Virus record (IMG/VR): IMGVR_UViG_3300025398_000035
Location: 1-46,043 of that record
Strand: one strand, 5' to 3'
Length of the DNA: 46,043 nucleotides
Source of the DNA: a virus
Lineage: Duplodnaviria > Caudoviricetes
Shown here: positions 34,739 to 44,467 of the stretch, one piece after another
Layout of the letters: each line of letters begins with the position of its first letter
How positions within the stretch are numbered: the first letter of the stretch is position 1
Program-made: the position numbers and the translations under genes
The notes under the pieces: model-generated
The model's input: the letters and a program-made list of their open reading frames with translations, nothing else
Told to the model about the DNA's origin: nothing
The model's database searches: none

Positions 34739-35461
34739 ATGTCGGACAGTTTTACCGGGCAGATCAGCTCGCAGGCCAATGTCGGGGCTTACAACGAATT
34801 CGCGTTTGTGTTTTCGCAATTGCTGGGCAGGCGGTGCTTCTGCGCCGTCGTGCAGGTGGTGGCGTGCTCCAACTCGGGCGGGGTGGCAGCGGCTGGCACG
34901 GTTGATGTGCAACCGCTGGTCAATCAGGTGGACGGGCTGGGCAACGCGGTGCCGCATGGCGTGGTGCACGGTTTGCCGTATCAACGCCTGATCGGCGGGT
35001 CGAATGCCGTGATCCTCGATCCGCAGGTGGGTGACATTGGCGTGTGTGTGTTCGCGGATCGCGACATTTCATCCGTCAAAGCCACTCAGAAACAAGCCAA
35101 CCCGGCTTCGCGCCGCCGCAACAACTGGTCAGATGGCGTCTACCTCGGCGGCATCCTGAATGGCGTGCCGTCTCAATTCGTGCAGTTCAACGGATCGGGC
35201 ATCACGGTGCAGTCGCCAACGAAGGTGACGGTTGCCGCGCCGGATATTGAGATGAACGCATCCAGCGTCGTCAATCTCAACGCGCCCACGATTGGCCTCA
35301 ACGGCGCGATAACGCAGACGGCGGGTGGCAGCGGGTCGAACGTCACGCTGATTGGCCCGGTCAATGTCGTCAACGACGTGACCGCAGTCGGCACCAGCGT
35401 CCACACGCATCTGCACAGGGGCGTCACGCCTGGCACTGGCAACACGGGCACACCGGTATGA
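34739..35461 (+). CDS. Baseplate spike (gpV/Gp138-like)
   Basis: VDVQPLVNQ, DPQVGDIG..VFADRDIS and terminal HTHLH metal motif. Confidence 0.88.
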   Translation: MSDSFTGQISSQANVGAYNEFAFVFSQLLGRRCFCAVVQVVACSNSGGVAAAGTVDVQPLVNQVDGLGNAVPHGVVHGLPYQRLIGGSNAVILDPQVGDIGVCVFADRDISSVKATQKQANPASRRRNNWSDGVYLGGILNGVPSQFVQFNGSGITVQSPTKVTVAAPDIEMNASSVVNLNAPTIGLNGAITQTAGGSGSNVTLIGPVNVVNDVTAVGTSVHTHLHRGVTPGTGNTGTPV

Positions 35462-35808
35462 ACACACTGCTGCTCGACACCGTTGCGTGGGATTTGGTGC
35501 TTGACGCGAACGGCAACATTGCCGTGGCGTCCGCCCCTTATGCGTTGGCGCAGGATGCCGCGTCAGCCATCCGCACGTTCGCGGGCGAGGTCTATTACGA
35601 CACCACGCAAGGCATTCCGTATTTCGGGCAAATACTCGGCAAGTTCCCCCCGGTCTCGCTCATGAAAGCGCAGTTCGAAGCGGCGGCAATGACTGTGCCG
35701 AGCGTCACGGCGGCGAAGGCGTTCATCACGGGCTTTGCCAATCGCAAAGTTACAGGCCAAGTGCAGATCACCGATGCCCTCGGTGCAACCAGCGTCGCGG
35801 GGTTCTAA
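35458..35808 (+). CDS. Baseplate wedge protein (gp25/gp46-like)
   Basis: WDLVLDANGNIA, AQDAASAIRTFAGE.YYDT..GIPY. Confidence 0.82.
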   Translation: MNTLLLDTVAWDLVLDANGNIAVASAPYALAQDAASAIRTFAGEVYYDTTQGIPYFGQILGKFPPVSLMKAQFEAAAMTVPSVTAAKAFITGFANRKVTGQVQITDALGATSVAGF

Positions 35809-37020
35809 ATGTCCGGCACCACGAGCGTTCCGCAGCCGACCTTCGGGCCGCTGGGCTTTGTCGCGCCCACCGAGCAGGCCATCTTGGCTGGCGTGCTGGC
35901 CGATATGCAGGCGGCATTTGGCGGCAACCTCAACCCCGCGCTCAACACGCCGCAAGGGCAGCTCGCCAGCAGTGAAGCCGCAGTCATCGGCTACGTGCAG
36001 GATTTGTTTCTGTATTACTGCAACCAAGTGGACCCGGCCTATGCATCCGGGCGGATGCAGGACGCCATCGGGCGATTGTATTTCATGACGCGCGAGCCCG
36101 CCACCGCGTCCACCGTCGTGGCGACGTGCTCGGGCCGCACCGGCACCGTCATTCCTGTTGGCGCGCAAGCGGTGGACACAAGCGGCAATATCTGGCTGGC
36201 CGTGCAGTCTGGAGTCATCCCGTCCGGCGGCAACGTGTCGATTGAGTTTCAATGCTCGGTCACGGGGCCGATTGTGTGCGCGATTGGTGCCCTGTCGGCA
36301 ATCTACCAAAGCATTCCGGGATGGGATTCCATCACTAACCCGGCGGCGGGTTCGCTTGGGTCACTGGTTGAAAGTCGCGCGGCGTTCGAGGCGCGGCGGC
36401 AGCAGAGCGTGGCGATCAATGCGCAGGGGTCAAACGCATCCGTTCTGGCGGCAGTGCTGGCCGTGCCAAACGTGATTGATGCCTACGTGGTGGACAACCC
36501 CACGGCGACCGCCGCCACCATTGGCGGCGTGTCCGTCAACCCGAATTCGCTCTACGTTTCGGTCGCGGGCGGCACATCTGCCAACATCGGCCAGGCGATC
36601 TGGTCAAAAAAATCGAGCGGATGCTCAACGCAAGGCAATTCGTCTGTTGCCGTCTATGACACCAGCTATTCGGTGCCGCAACCGTCCTACGTCATCAACT
36701 ACACCGTGCCCACATCCACGCCAATTTATGTGGCCGTGACGTGCGCCAACTTGCAGTCTGTTCCGGCCAACGCGCTGTCATTGGTGCAGGCCGCAGTGAT
36801 CGCCGCGTTCACCGGCACCGATGGTGGATCGCGGGCGCGTATCGGCTCGACACTCTACGCCTCGCGCTACTATGCGGGCGTGAATACGCTGTGGGCTGGG
36901 ATTGAGATCATTTCCATCACAATCGGCACGTCACCCAGCCCGACCGGCAACACCACGACGATGACGATTGCGCAGATCCCCACAATCCTCGCGTCTCAAA
37001 TCACGCTGACGCTCGTCTGA
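35809..37020 (+). CDS. Baseplate J-like protein
   Basis: TPQGQLA, DPAYASGRMQDAIG and ESRAAFEARR. Confidence 0.88.
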   Translation: MSGTTSVPQPTFGPLGFVAPTEQAILAGVLADMQAAFGGNLNPALNTPQGQLASSEAAVIGYVQDLFLYYCNQVDPAYASGRMQDAIGRLYFMTREPATASTVVATCSGRTGTVIPVGAQAVDTSGNIWLAVQSGVIPSGGNVSIEFQCSVTGPIVCAIGALSAIYQSIPGWDSITNPAAGSLGSLVESRAAFEARRQQSVAINAQGSNASVLAAVLAVPNVIDAYVVDNPTATAATIGGVSVNPNSLYVSVAGGTSANIGQAIWSKKSSGCSTQGNSSVAVYDTSYSVPQPSYVINYTVPTSTPIYVAVTCANLQSVPANALSLVQAAVIAAFTGTDGGSRARIGSTLYASRYYAGVNTLWAGIEIISITIGTSPSPTGNTTTMTIAQIPTILASQITLTLV

Positions 37021-37673
37021 TGCAAAACTATCTTGAAGCAATGATTTCCCAATACGGGGATTCGCCGCGCTTGCTGACGCTCATACAGAGCTTTCACGAC
37101 GGCATCGGCATCGACGCGGATTTTGATGCGTTCTACGCGAATATCTGGAACATTCAGACCGCGCAAGGCGCCGGGCTTGACGTGTTGGGCCGGATTGTTG
37201 GTGTGTCGCGCGTCATCGCGATCCCATCCACCACCATTTATTTTGGGTTCAACGACGGCGTTGGGGATTATGCGCCGTTCGGCCAAGCGCCGTTCTATCC
37301 GGGCAACGGGACGACCCAGAATTTCGCGCTTAGCGACACCGCCTTTCGCACGCTGATCTTGGTCAAAGCCGCCGCCAACATCGCAGCAACCAATTCACAG
37401 ACGCTCAATCAACTGCTGACTTCGCTCCTTGCCGGTCGCGGGCGTTGCTACGTCAACGACCTCGGCAACATGCAAATGCGGTTTACGTTTGAGTTCTACC
37501 TGCAACCGTATGAGCTGACGATCTTGACGGCGGGCGGCGTGATCCCGCGCTCAACCGGCGTGCAGGCCACGCTGATCCAATGCCCGCAGGGTTCGACATT
37601 CGGCTTCGCGGGTTCCGGCATGCAGCCGTTCGGACAAGGCACATTTATCAAGGGTTTGTCTCATGTTGCTTAG
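37020..37673 (+). CDS. Baseplate protein (DUF2612)
   Basis: ISQY.DSP, WNIQTAQGAGLDVLGRIVGVSR and LSDTAFRTLI. Confidence 0.87.
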   Translation: MQNYLEAMISQYGDSPRLLTLIQSFHDGIGIDADFDAFYANIWNIQTAQGAGLDVLGRIVGVSRVIAIPSTTIYFGFNDGVGDYAPFGQAPFYPGNGTTQNFALSDTAFRTLILVKAAANIAATNSQTLNQLLTSLLAGRGRCYVNDLGNMQMRFTFEFYLQPYELTILTAGGVIPRSTGVQATLIQCPQGSTFGFAGSGMQPFGQGTFIKGLSHVA

Positions 37674-38763
37674 CTCCCTGCCGTCCAAGCTGACAATCCC
37701 GTTTGCCTATTCAGGCACCAAAAACACCATCCCGACCGCATCGCAGATCGGCATCACGCCCGGAGCCGCTTCGCTGACGGATGGCTTTCCCCCACTCACG
37801 GCCACGCCGCTGACCGCTGGCGGCGTTCCGCCTTCGGTCGGGGACATGAACGGCATTCTGTATGAAGTGTCAGCCTGGGCAAACTGGTCGTCCGCAGGCG
37901 GCACCGTGCAATATGACAGCACGTTTTCCACCGCCGTCAGCGGCTACCCGAAGAACGCCCTGCTGGCCTCCACCACCGTGGGGCAGCTTTGGCTGAACAC
38001 GGTTGACGGCAACACCGCCAACCCGGACAGCGGCGGCGCGGGGTGGGTGCTCATCAAACCGGCGTATGGCGTCATCGGCCAAGTCCGCAACGCAAAAATG
38101 TCCGTCACTACGGCGGGCACGAGCGCAACGTTCACCGCTGATGAAATCGTCGTCGGCACGTCGCTGGGTGGCCTGCAAACCATGCTCGCCAGCTACAGTC
38201 AGACCATCAGCCTCGCCACCACGGGCGCGGGCGGCATGGACACGGGCTCGGCCCCGACATCCGGCTACGTGGCGCTGTATGCCATCTACGGCTCGGCGGG
38301 CACGTCCATCTTGGCCGTCAATGCCACGTCGGCGGCGGCGCCCACGGTTTACGGCGGCAGCAACCTGCCGACCGGCTACACCTATTCGGCGCTGATTTCG
38401 GTTTGGCCAACGAATGGCAGCGGTCAGTTCGTCGTGGGCTACCAGCGCGACCGTTCGGTGATCCTCACCAACACATCCGTGCTGACCGGCGGCACCGCGA
38501 CCACGTGGACATCGGTTTCGCTGGCCGGTGCGGTGCCGTTGAATGCCATCTCTATCGCGGGCAGCGGCAGCACGGGTGGCCCGGTATCGCTGCTAATCGC
38601 GACCAACTCGGCGGGCACACTCAACTTGCGCGTGTTCAACGCCACGGCGGCGGAACAGAGCAACTTCGACCGTTACATCTTGGCCACGCCGCAGACCATC
38701 TATTACCAGGTCAGCAGCGCGTCCTATTCGGCGGGCATCAATATCACCGGGTATGATTTCTGA
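37663..38763 (+). CDS. Tail fibre protein
   Basis: ASLTDGFPPLT.TPL.AGGVPP...DMNGIL and GYPK.ALL N-terminal anchor, followed by a Thr/Ser/Gly-rich body. Confidence 0.85.
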   Translation: MLLSSLPSKLTIPFAYSGTKNTIPTASQIGITPGAASLTDGFPPLTATPLTAGGVPPSVGDMNGILYEVSAWANWSSAGGTVQYDSTFSTAVSGYPKNALLASTTVGQLWLNTVDGNTANPDSGGAGWVLIKPAYGVIGQVRNAKMSVTTAGTSATFTADEIVVGTSLGGLQTMLASYSQTISLATTGAGGMDTGSAPTSGYVALYAIYGSAGTSILAVNATSAAAPTVYGGSNLPTGYTYSALISVWPTNGSGQFVVGYQRDRSVILTNTSVLTGGTATTWTSVSLAGAVPLNAISIAGSGSTGGPVSLLIATNSAGTLNLRVFNATAAEQSNFDRYILATPQTIYYQVSSASYSAGINITGYDF

Positions 38764-38789
38764 CCGCCTTCCCCGTTCTGTGCTTCTTG

Positions 38790-38811
38790 GCCCGCTTTTG
38801 GCGGGCTTTTT
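38790..38811 (+). terminator. Intrinsic terminator after the tail fibre gene
   Basis: GCCCGC-TTTTG-GCGGGC-TTTTT. Confidence 0.7.
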
Positions 38812-38832
38812 GTTGTCTGAAAGGCACCTGCA

Positions 38833-39501
38833 ATGCTGACCACCTATGGCCGCACGCAAACGCTCAACTGGCGCTCGGGCACGGCCCCGGCCAGCACCAC
38901 CACGCGATACCTCGCCCTGTTCACCGCGATTGGCACGGTGGCAGGCACCGGTTTTACCGAAACGTCATACACCGGATACGCTCGCGTAGCCGTGACGTTC
39001 GGTGCGGCCACCGGCACAGACCCCGACACGATCTCCAACAGCGCCGCCGTGACGTTCGGCACCTGCACCGCGTCGCCGGGCTCGAACATCATCGGCTGGG
39101 GGATCTATGACGCGGCAACCGGCGGCAACCTCATCGAGTTCGATTACATCGTCGCGGGCGGCACGGGGTCGAGCGGCCAGTATGTGCCATTCACCGCGTC
39201 TGCCGCGTCGCCGTCCGTCATCACCACGCCCGCGCACGGCCTCACCGCAGGGCAGTTCGTCGTGGTCACATCGGAATACGGCGGCACGCTGCCCACGCTG
39301 TCGCAGGGCTCGTTCTCCGGCGTGCTGACCGTCGCGGCGACCGTGACCACCGACACGTTCACGCTCACCACCTCGGGCGCCGTGGCGTTGAATGCGTCCA
39401 GCACGGGCGACGGCATGCTGCGCCAAGTGGTGCCGCAGGCGATGGTGACGAACCTCACGCCATCGTTCCCGGTCGGATATTTCGTGCTGCAAGCGGCGTG
39501 A
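38833..39501 (+). CDS. Putative fibre/appendage structural protein
   Basis: YLALFTA...E.SYTGYARVAVTF...WGIYDAATGGNL, a recurrent phage minor structural motif, with an inserted HGL..GQ.V beta domain. Confidence 0.7.
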   Translation: MLTTYGRTQTLNWRSGTAPASTTTRYLALFTAIGTVAGTGFTETSYTGYARVAVTFGAATGTDPDTISNSAAVTFGTCTASPGSNIIGWGIYDAATGGNLIEFDYIVAGGTGSSGQYVPFTASAASPSVITTPAHGLTAGQFVVVTSEYGGTLPTLSQGSFSGVLTVAATVTTDTFTLTTSGAVALNASSTGDGMLRQVVPQAMVTNLTPSFPVGYFVLQAA

Positions 39502-39508
39502 GGTCCAC

Positions 39509-39991
39509 ATGCCCGATTACCTCGGCCTGAAAGCCGCAGCCGCCGCGCGCCAAGCCGCAAATCCCGGTTGGGGCGACGTGCAAATCTTGTCCGACATCAA
39601 CGCGGCCACGGTGCAGCAGCCCAATCTGGACACGCCGATTGCCGCGATTTTCGACGCGCTGCTGTCGGCTGGTCTGTGGGGCGGCATCGTTCGCGCGGCG
39701 GGGGCTGCGAGCACCACGGCCTCGGCGGTGGGTGACGTGTGCCTGATGCTCAAAGCGTTGGTGGACGCAATGAACGGACAGGGCCTGAGCGTCGTGCAGA
39801 CCAGCGACGCGACCAAGGCGGCGGCGTTCGACGCTGGCGTGTCCGCGCTGGTGGCGGCGGGGCTTGTCACCACGACGGTGCAGCAAGCCATCGCCGCGCT
39901 GCGCACGCCGTCAACGGTCACGTTGCGGGCGCAGCTCGGGTGGCCGGGCGGCGTGAATGAAGAAGACCTCATCGCGGCGAGGAACGTGTAA
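39509..39991 (+). CDS. Hypothetical protein in the appendage module
   Basis: 160 aa, GAGG RBS, coupled to the next gene. Confidence 0.7.
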   Translation: MPDYLGLKAAAAARQAANPGWGDVQILSDINAATVQQPNLDTPIAAIFDALLSAGLWGGIVRAAGAASTTASAVGDVCLMLKALVDAMNGQGLSVVQTSDATKAAAFDAGVSALVAAGLVTTTVQQAIAALRTPSTVTLRAQLGWPGGVNEEDLIAARNV

Positions 39992-40494
39992 TGGCCAATA
40001 TCCTTCGCCCCTCAATTGGCACGCTCAACAGCGGCTCGTGGTCCACGCTTTCGTTCACCGCGTCGCTGTTCAATTCGCTCGCGTCCGGGTCCGGCGTGCT
40101 GATGAACGCGGCGTTCAACAACGCCTCCAATCTCGATTTGTATGGCGAGTTCTCGTTCACTTGCGTCAACGGCTCGACCGCGCTGACCGGTTCGCCATAC
40201 TGGACGGTCTATTGGCTGCCCATTAATCAGGACGGCACGACATACGGTGACGGCTTGGCATACGGCTCCGGGTCCGCGCAGTCATCCACGGTGCCATCAA
40301 GCGGCTACTATCTGCGCAACATTACGCTCGGCCTGACCGGCGCGGGCGGCACGATGGTGGGACGTTCGGCCCCGTTCAACCTGCCGCGCGACAGCGGCAA
40401 GTTCTTCTTTGCCAATAACACCGGGCAAACAACCAACAGCGCCGCCGCGTTCACCGCCGCAATTCTGACCACCAACCTCAACCTCAACGGCTGA
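39991..40494 (+). CDS. Hypothetical beta-rich structural protein
   Basis: 167 aa, Ser/Thr/Gly/Asn-rich. Confidence 0.7.
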   Translation: MANILRPSIGTLNSGSWSTLSFTASLFNSLASGSGVLMNAAFNNASNLDLYGEFSFTCVNGSTALTGSPYWTVYWLPINQDGTTYGDGLAYGSGSAQSSTVPSSGYYLRNITLGLTGAGGTMVGRSAPFNLPRDSGKFFFANNTGQTTNSAAAFTAAILTTNLNLNG

Positions 40495-40500
40495 CGCGCC

Positions 40501-41991
40501 GTGGCCTACATTCGCCGTTATGACCGCCATCCGCTGCTGTTGCCGCCCAATATGGTGCCCAGCGCGTGGGATGACGTGGAGATTGATTGGTCGCATCCGT
40601 TAAGCCGAGGGTTGAGCGCACACGTATTTGTGCAAAATGGCGTAGTCGCTGATTTGACAAAAAATCTAAATTTCCAAAAAGGAACGGGGACTGTCTCAAC
40701 GATATTTAGCGGCCCGGTTCTAAACACTGTCTCTTTGACGGATAGCTGGACCGCAGTTCTTCCCCCTTCCATGTTTTTCACGGGGGATTTCTCTCTTGTT
40801 TGGGGCGGCATAACTCGGTCAAGCGGCGGCTCTGGGTTGCCGTGGATTTTTGGATGCGACAATGCGGCAGATAGCACTCGAAATTGGATATTTTACACAA
40901 GTGGAAGTTCTTTAATTTTTGTTTGTGCTGGCAATAACTACACAAGCTCCACATCAAATTATGGATACGGAGCGCTTTGCGCTACGCTAAATTTGTCTTC
41001 TGCAAATTCTGCTTTATATAAAGCAAATATGTATTTCAATGGTTCTTCTCTGACTACAGGCAACGTAGGCGGCGGCGGGCAAAATGTTAATTATTCAAGT
41101 TCGCCTTTAGTTTATTTTGGCGGTGGTGCAAACACTACAAATTCCTATGGATTAATATACAATCGGCAATTGCCGGCAAGTGAAGTTGCGTGGCTTTCCT
41201 CTGAACCCTTCGCCATGCTCGCGCCGCGCAAGGTCATTTCGTATTACACCGCGTCATCCCTCGTTTACGCCTACCTCGCCAGCCGCGCGTTTGCCGCAAG
41301 CCGCGCCACCGCAGGCACCGCCGCCACCGGCTTGATTGGCGTGCATGGCGAGGCGTTGTCATCGGCGCGCGCATCCAACGCCGCCGCGTCATCGCTGGCC
41401 GGGCGCGCAACCGCAGTAAACGAAACGCGCGCATCGACCGCCGCATCGGCCAAACTAGCGGCGCACGGCGAGGCGATCTCACCCGCGCGCGCCGCTGACA
41501 CTGCATCGGCAAGCATCGCGGCCCGCGCGCCCGCGCTCAACGAGGCCCGCGCGGCCAGCGCCGCCACGGCCAACGTCGCCGGGCGCGCAACGTCTGCTGC
41601 GTCCGGGCGCGGCGGGCTGGGCACAGTGGCCACGCTCGCAAGCATCGCCGGGCGCAGCATCTCATCGGCGTTCTCGCGCGCCGGATTGGCAGCAACCGGG
41701 CGCATGTCCGCGCGTGGTGGGTCGAACGCCACGGGCACGAACGGGCTGGCGGGCGGTGCTGTGTTGAAAGCATTGGCCGGGCGCGGGTTTGCCTCCGCAT
41801 CGGGCCGGGCGGGCATGGCGACGCGCGCCGTGTTGGCCGGGCTCGGGTCTGCGAGCGCATCCGGGCGTGGTGCCATCGGGCAATTGTTCAACGCCATCGC
41901 CACCAAGGGCGTGCGCCTTTCGCCGTTCCTGCGCGGCGTGTCCCTGCCACCGTTCACACGCGGCACCAAACTGCCACCGGGGAGCAGCTAA
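40501..41991 (+). CDS. Putative adhesin: LamG/ConA-like domain plus ~20-aa Ala/Gly repeats
   Basis: IDWSHPLSRGL...FSLVWGG...MYFNG...LIYNRQLPASEV lectin-like pattern, followed by periodic (L/I/V)AGR..A...R repeats. Confidence 0.7.
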   Translation: MAYIRRYDRHPLLLPPNMVPSAWDDVEIDWSHPLSRGLSAHVFVQNGVVADLTKNLNFQKGTGTVSTIFSGPVLNTVSLTDSWTAVLPPSMFFTGDFSLVWGGITRSSGGSGLPWIFGCDNAADSTRNWIFYTSGSSLIFVCAGNNYTSSTSNYGYGALCATLNLSSANSALYKANMYFNGSSLTTGNVGGGGQNVNYSSSPLVYFGGGANTTNSYGLIYNRQLPASEVAWLSSEPFAMLAPRKVISYYTASSLVYAYLASRAFAASRATAGTAATGLIGVHGEALSSARASNAAASSLAGRATAVNETRASTAASAKLAAHGEAISPARAADTASASIAARAPALNEARAASAATANVAGRATSAASGRGGLGTVATLASIAGRSISSAFSRAGLAATGRMSARGGSNATGTNGLAGGAVLKALAGRGFASASGRAGMATRAVLAGLGSASASGRGAIGQLFNAIATKGVRLSPFLRGVSLPPFTRGTKLPPGSS

Positions 41992-41993
41992 CC

Positions 41994-42356
41994 ATGTCGA
42001 TTGCCACCTATCCCGCCGTCACTTTGCCGCCCATGCGCGCGGGGGAGACGGACGGGCGCTATATCGACTGCACGCTCGATCTCGGGGCACCGGGCGACAC
42101 GTTCACGTCCGCCGCGTCGATCACCATCACCATCACGCGGGTTGACGGCGTGCCGGCCACGGCCAGCGACCTTGCGCTTGCTGGCGCGTCGTATCCGACC
42201 ACGCTCGACACAACAAAGCTCATTCCCACGATTTGGCTGATCGCGCCTGCCGCGTCCGCTGGCGTCGGCTACGTCGTCACGCTGTCGGCCACCACGACGC
42301 AGGGCCGCGTGTTCATCCGCGACGCGTATCTGACCGTGCAGGCTTTGCTGGGCTGA
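41994..42356 (+). CDS. Putative fibre adaptor / structural protein
   Basis: E.DGRYIDC...D....TIWL.....GVGY.VT...TTTQGR pattern of small phage structural adaptors. Confidence 0.55.
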   Translation: MSIATYPAVTLPPMRAGETDGRYIDCTLDLGAPGDTFTSAASITITITRVDGVPATASDLALAGASYPTTLDTTKLIPTIWLIAPAASAGVGYVVTLSATTTQGRVFIRDAYLTVQALLG

Positions 42357-42396
42357 TGCCATGCCGCCGTTTCTTGCTTCAAAAGGATTGATTCCG

Positions 42397-42579
42397 ATGC
42401 CGAACATGGACCCCGCAGAACAGCGCGAGTTGGTGAAAGAAGCAATCCAAGAGTGGCTGGACGTGCAATTCGCCACGCTGGGCAAATGGACGGCTGGCGG
42501 ACTGATGGCGGCGGCTGTTGGCGGGCTGGCCTATCTCGCGCTGATTGGCGCTGGCTGGCACCAGGGAGGTGGGAAATGA
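42397..42579 (+). CDS. Small single-TM protein, holin/antiholin candidate
   Basis: VKEAIQEWLD.QFA.LGKWT followed by a hydrophobic helix; upstream of the endolysin. Confidence 0.6.
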   Translation: MPNMDPAEQRELVKEAIQEWLDVQFATLGKWTAGGLMAAAVGGLAYLALIGAGWHQGGGK

Positions 42580-42812
42580 AGAAGCCGACCATCGCGCCCA
42601 TTAAGCCCGAACGCACCGCCCCGGACGCCGCCACGGTGGCCAAATATCATGAGCTGGTGGATCGCCTTGTCGCCAAGGGCGCGATGTCGCTGGTGATCTA
42701 CGCGGAAACGTATGACGGGTTTGAATGCCTGTCTGAACCCGATTTGATGGCCGCGCGCCTTGGGATGCACGGCATTTTTGACAGTCACGCCGCATCGGCG
42801 TCCGGCGAATAG
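42576..42812 (+). CDS. Hypothetical protein
   Basis: 78 aa, GGAGG RBS, ATGA-coupled. Confidence 0.6.
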   Translation: MKKPTIAPIKPERTAPDAATVAKYHELVDRLVAKGAMSLVIYAETYDGFECLSEPDLMAARLGMHGIFDSHAASASGE

Positions 42813-42820
42813 GACCGCGT

Positions 42821-43447
42821 ATGAACACCCCATCACAGGCCGCGATTGACCTCATCATCAACGCCGAGATCGGCGGCGGCTACGACCCGCACCCGACATG
42901 GCCGGGCGCACAATCGGGCCTCACCATCGGCATCGGCTATGACCTCGGCTATGCCGCGACCGGCAAAATCCAGACCGATTGGCAAACCCTGCCGCCTGGC
43001 GTCGTCACCCGGCTGATGAGCTATGCCGGGCGCAAGGGCGCGTCCGCGCAGATGCTGCTGGCGAGCGCGCGCGACATCGTGGTGCCGCTGCCGGTCGCGC
43101 GCGAGGTGTTCGGTTCCATCGACATGCCCGAATGGTCGCGCAGGGTCTCGCAGGCGTTCGCCAACACAGACGCGCTGCACCCCGACTGCTTCGGCGCGCT
43201 GGTGAGCCTTGCATACAATCGCGGGCTCGACATGGGCGCACCGTCTCAGCCGCAACCCGACAGGCGTTTTGAGATGCGGCAGATCCGCGACGCGATGGCC
43301 GCGCAGGATTTCGACGCCATCCCTGGATACATCCGCGCGATGAAGCGCCTCTGGGCCGGGCAGGGCATGGATGGGTTGTTGACCAGGCGCGAGGCCGAGG
43401 CGGCGTTGTTTGAGCAGGGACTGGCACAGATGGGAGCGGTGGCATGA
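42821..43447 (+). CDS. Endolysin (lysozyme-like fold)
   Basis: AIDLIINAE, WPGAQSGLTIGIGYDLGY, FGALVSLAYNRG and GLLTRREAEAALF. Confidence 0.9.
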   Translation: MNTPSQAAIDLIINAEIGGGYDPHPTWPGAQSGLTIGIGYDLGYAATGKIQTDWQTLPPGVVTRLMSYAGRKGASAQMLLASARDIVVPLPVAREVFGSIDMPEWSRRVSQAFANTDALHPDCFGALVSLAYNRGLDMGAPSQPQPDRRFEMRQIRDAMAAQDFDAIPGYIRAMKRLWAGQGMDGLLTRREAEAALFEQGLAQMGAVA

Positions 43448-44007
43448 GCACGTTGTCTGACGTTTTCGACGGGGCACTTGGCGCGCTCAAAACCGTGGCA
43501 CCGACCATCGCCACGGCCATCGGCGGGCCTTTGGCAGGCACTGCGGTCAACGCCATCATCGGCGCATTCGGCCTTCCTGCCGACACCGCGCCGCCGGTTG
43601 TGGCGCAGGCCGTGGTAAGCGCGACGCCGGATCAGTTGCTTGCGTTGAAAAACGCGGAGAACGCCTTCGCGTTGTCGATGCGCCAGCTCGACATCCACCT
43701 TGAAGACCTTGCCGCAGCGGACAAGACCAACGCCCGCGCGCAGACGGTGGACCTCGCCAAAGCGGGCAGCGCCATCGCGTGGGGCGCTCCCGTCGTGTCT
43801 GTCGTGGTGCTGGCCAGCTTCGGCGCGGCGCTCTACGCCATCCTTGGCAACGCCGTCCCGCCGGGCTCGGCTGACGTGGCCAATGTGATGCTCGGCACGC
43901 TTGGCGGCATGGCGTCGTCTGTGGTGGCCTATTGGGTCGGATCATCGAGCGGCAGCATCGCCAAAACGACCATGCTCTATCACAGCACGCCTGCGAGCCC
44001 AAAGTGA
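43444..44007 (+). CDS. Holin-like membrane protein
   Basis: VAPTIATAIGGPLAG N-terminus, two C-terminal TM segments and YWVGSSSGS. Confidence 0.75.
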   Translation: MSTLSDVFDGALGALKTVAPTIATAIGGPLAGTAVNAIIGAFGLPADTAPPVVAQAVVSATPDQLLALKNAENAFALSMRQLDIHLEDLAAADKTNARAQTVDLAKAGSAIAWGAPVVSVVVLASFGAALYAILGNAVPPGSADVANVMLGTLGGMASSVVAYWVGSSSGSIAKTTMLYHSTPASPK

Positions 44008-44339
44008 GCTGCATCGCCTGCCGCCTGCTGCGGCAATACGCCGTCAACTGGCTCAACGTCGCGGATCACGCATTCAACGCCGCGCTGCTCGGTGACGCTG
44101 ACGAGACGTTCAGCGCCCGTACGGCGCGTGCCCGGCGTGACGGCGCGCGGTGGGCTGGCGTCGTGTGCCGCCTGCTGACCGGCGCGGCGCGTGTGTTCGG
44201 CCAGACCCGCGACCATTGCGACTACGCGCTTGACCCAACCGTTCTGCCGAACACCGCCGAGATTTTCGACCTGACGACGATGCGGCTCCGCGTGCGCCCG
44301 GTGGGTGAAGTGGATGTGGTGGAAAGTCAGGCGCCATGA
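44004..44339 (+). CDS. Conserved phage hypothetical protein
   Basis: D...NA.LLGD.DET.SAR...W...VC..L...DHC motif common in phage genomes. Confidence 0.7.
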   Translation: MSCIACRLLRQYAVNWLNVADHAFNAALLGDADETFSARTARARRDGARWAGVVCRLLTGAARVFGQTRDHCDYALDPTVLPNTAEIFDLTTMRLRVRPVGEVDVVESQAP

Positions 44340-44467
44340 CCGGACAATGGGAAATCGCGTCATGTGGCACGATGGATTTCGCGATGATGCGGGCGCTGCT
44401 GGCGGACGATTGGGAGCCGTTCTCCGTCGCGGATGGCGTGATGTGGTTCCGGCGCGCCCGCGAATGA
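44336..44467 (+). CDS. Small hypothetical protein (43 aa)
   Basis: Hand-translated; ATGA overlaps at both ends. Confidence 0.45.
   Translation: MTGQWEIASCGTMDFAMMRALLADDWEPFSVADGVMWFRRARE

Noticed and set aside
37663-41991. Diversity-generating retroelement or invertible fibre cassette
   Set aside because: No reverse transcriptase, invertase or TR/VR repeat pair was seen.
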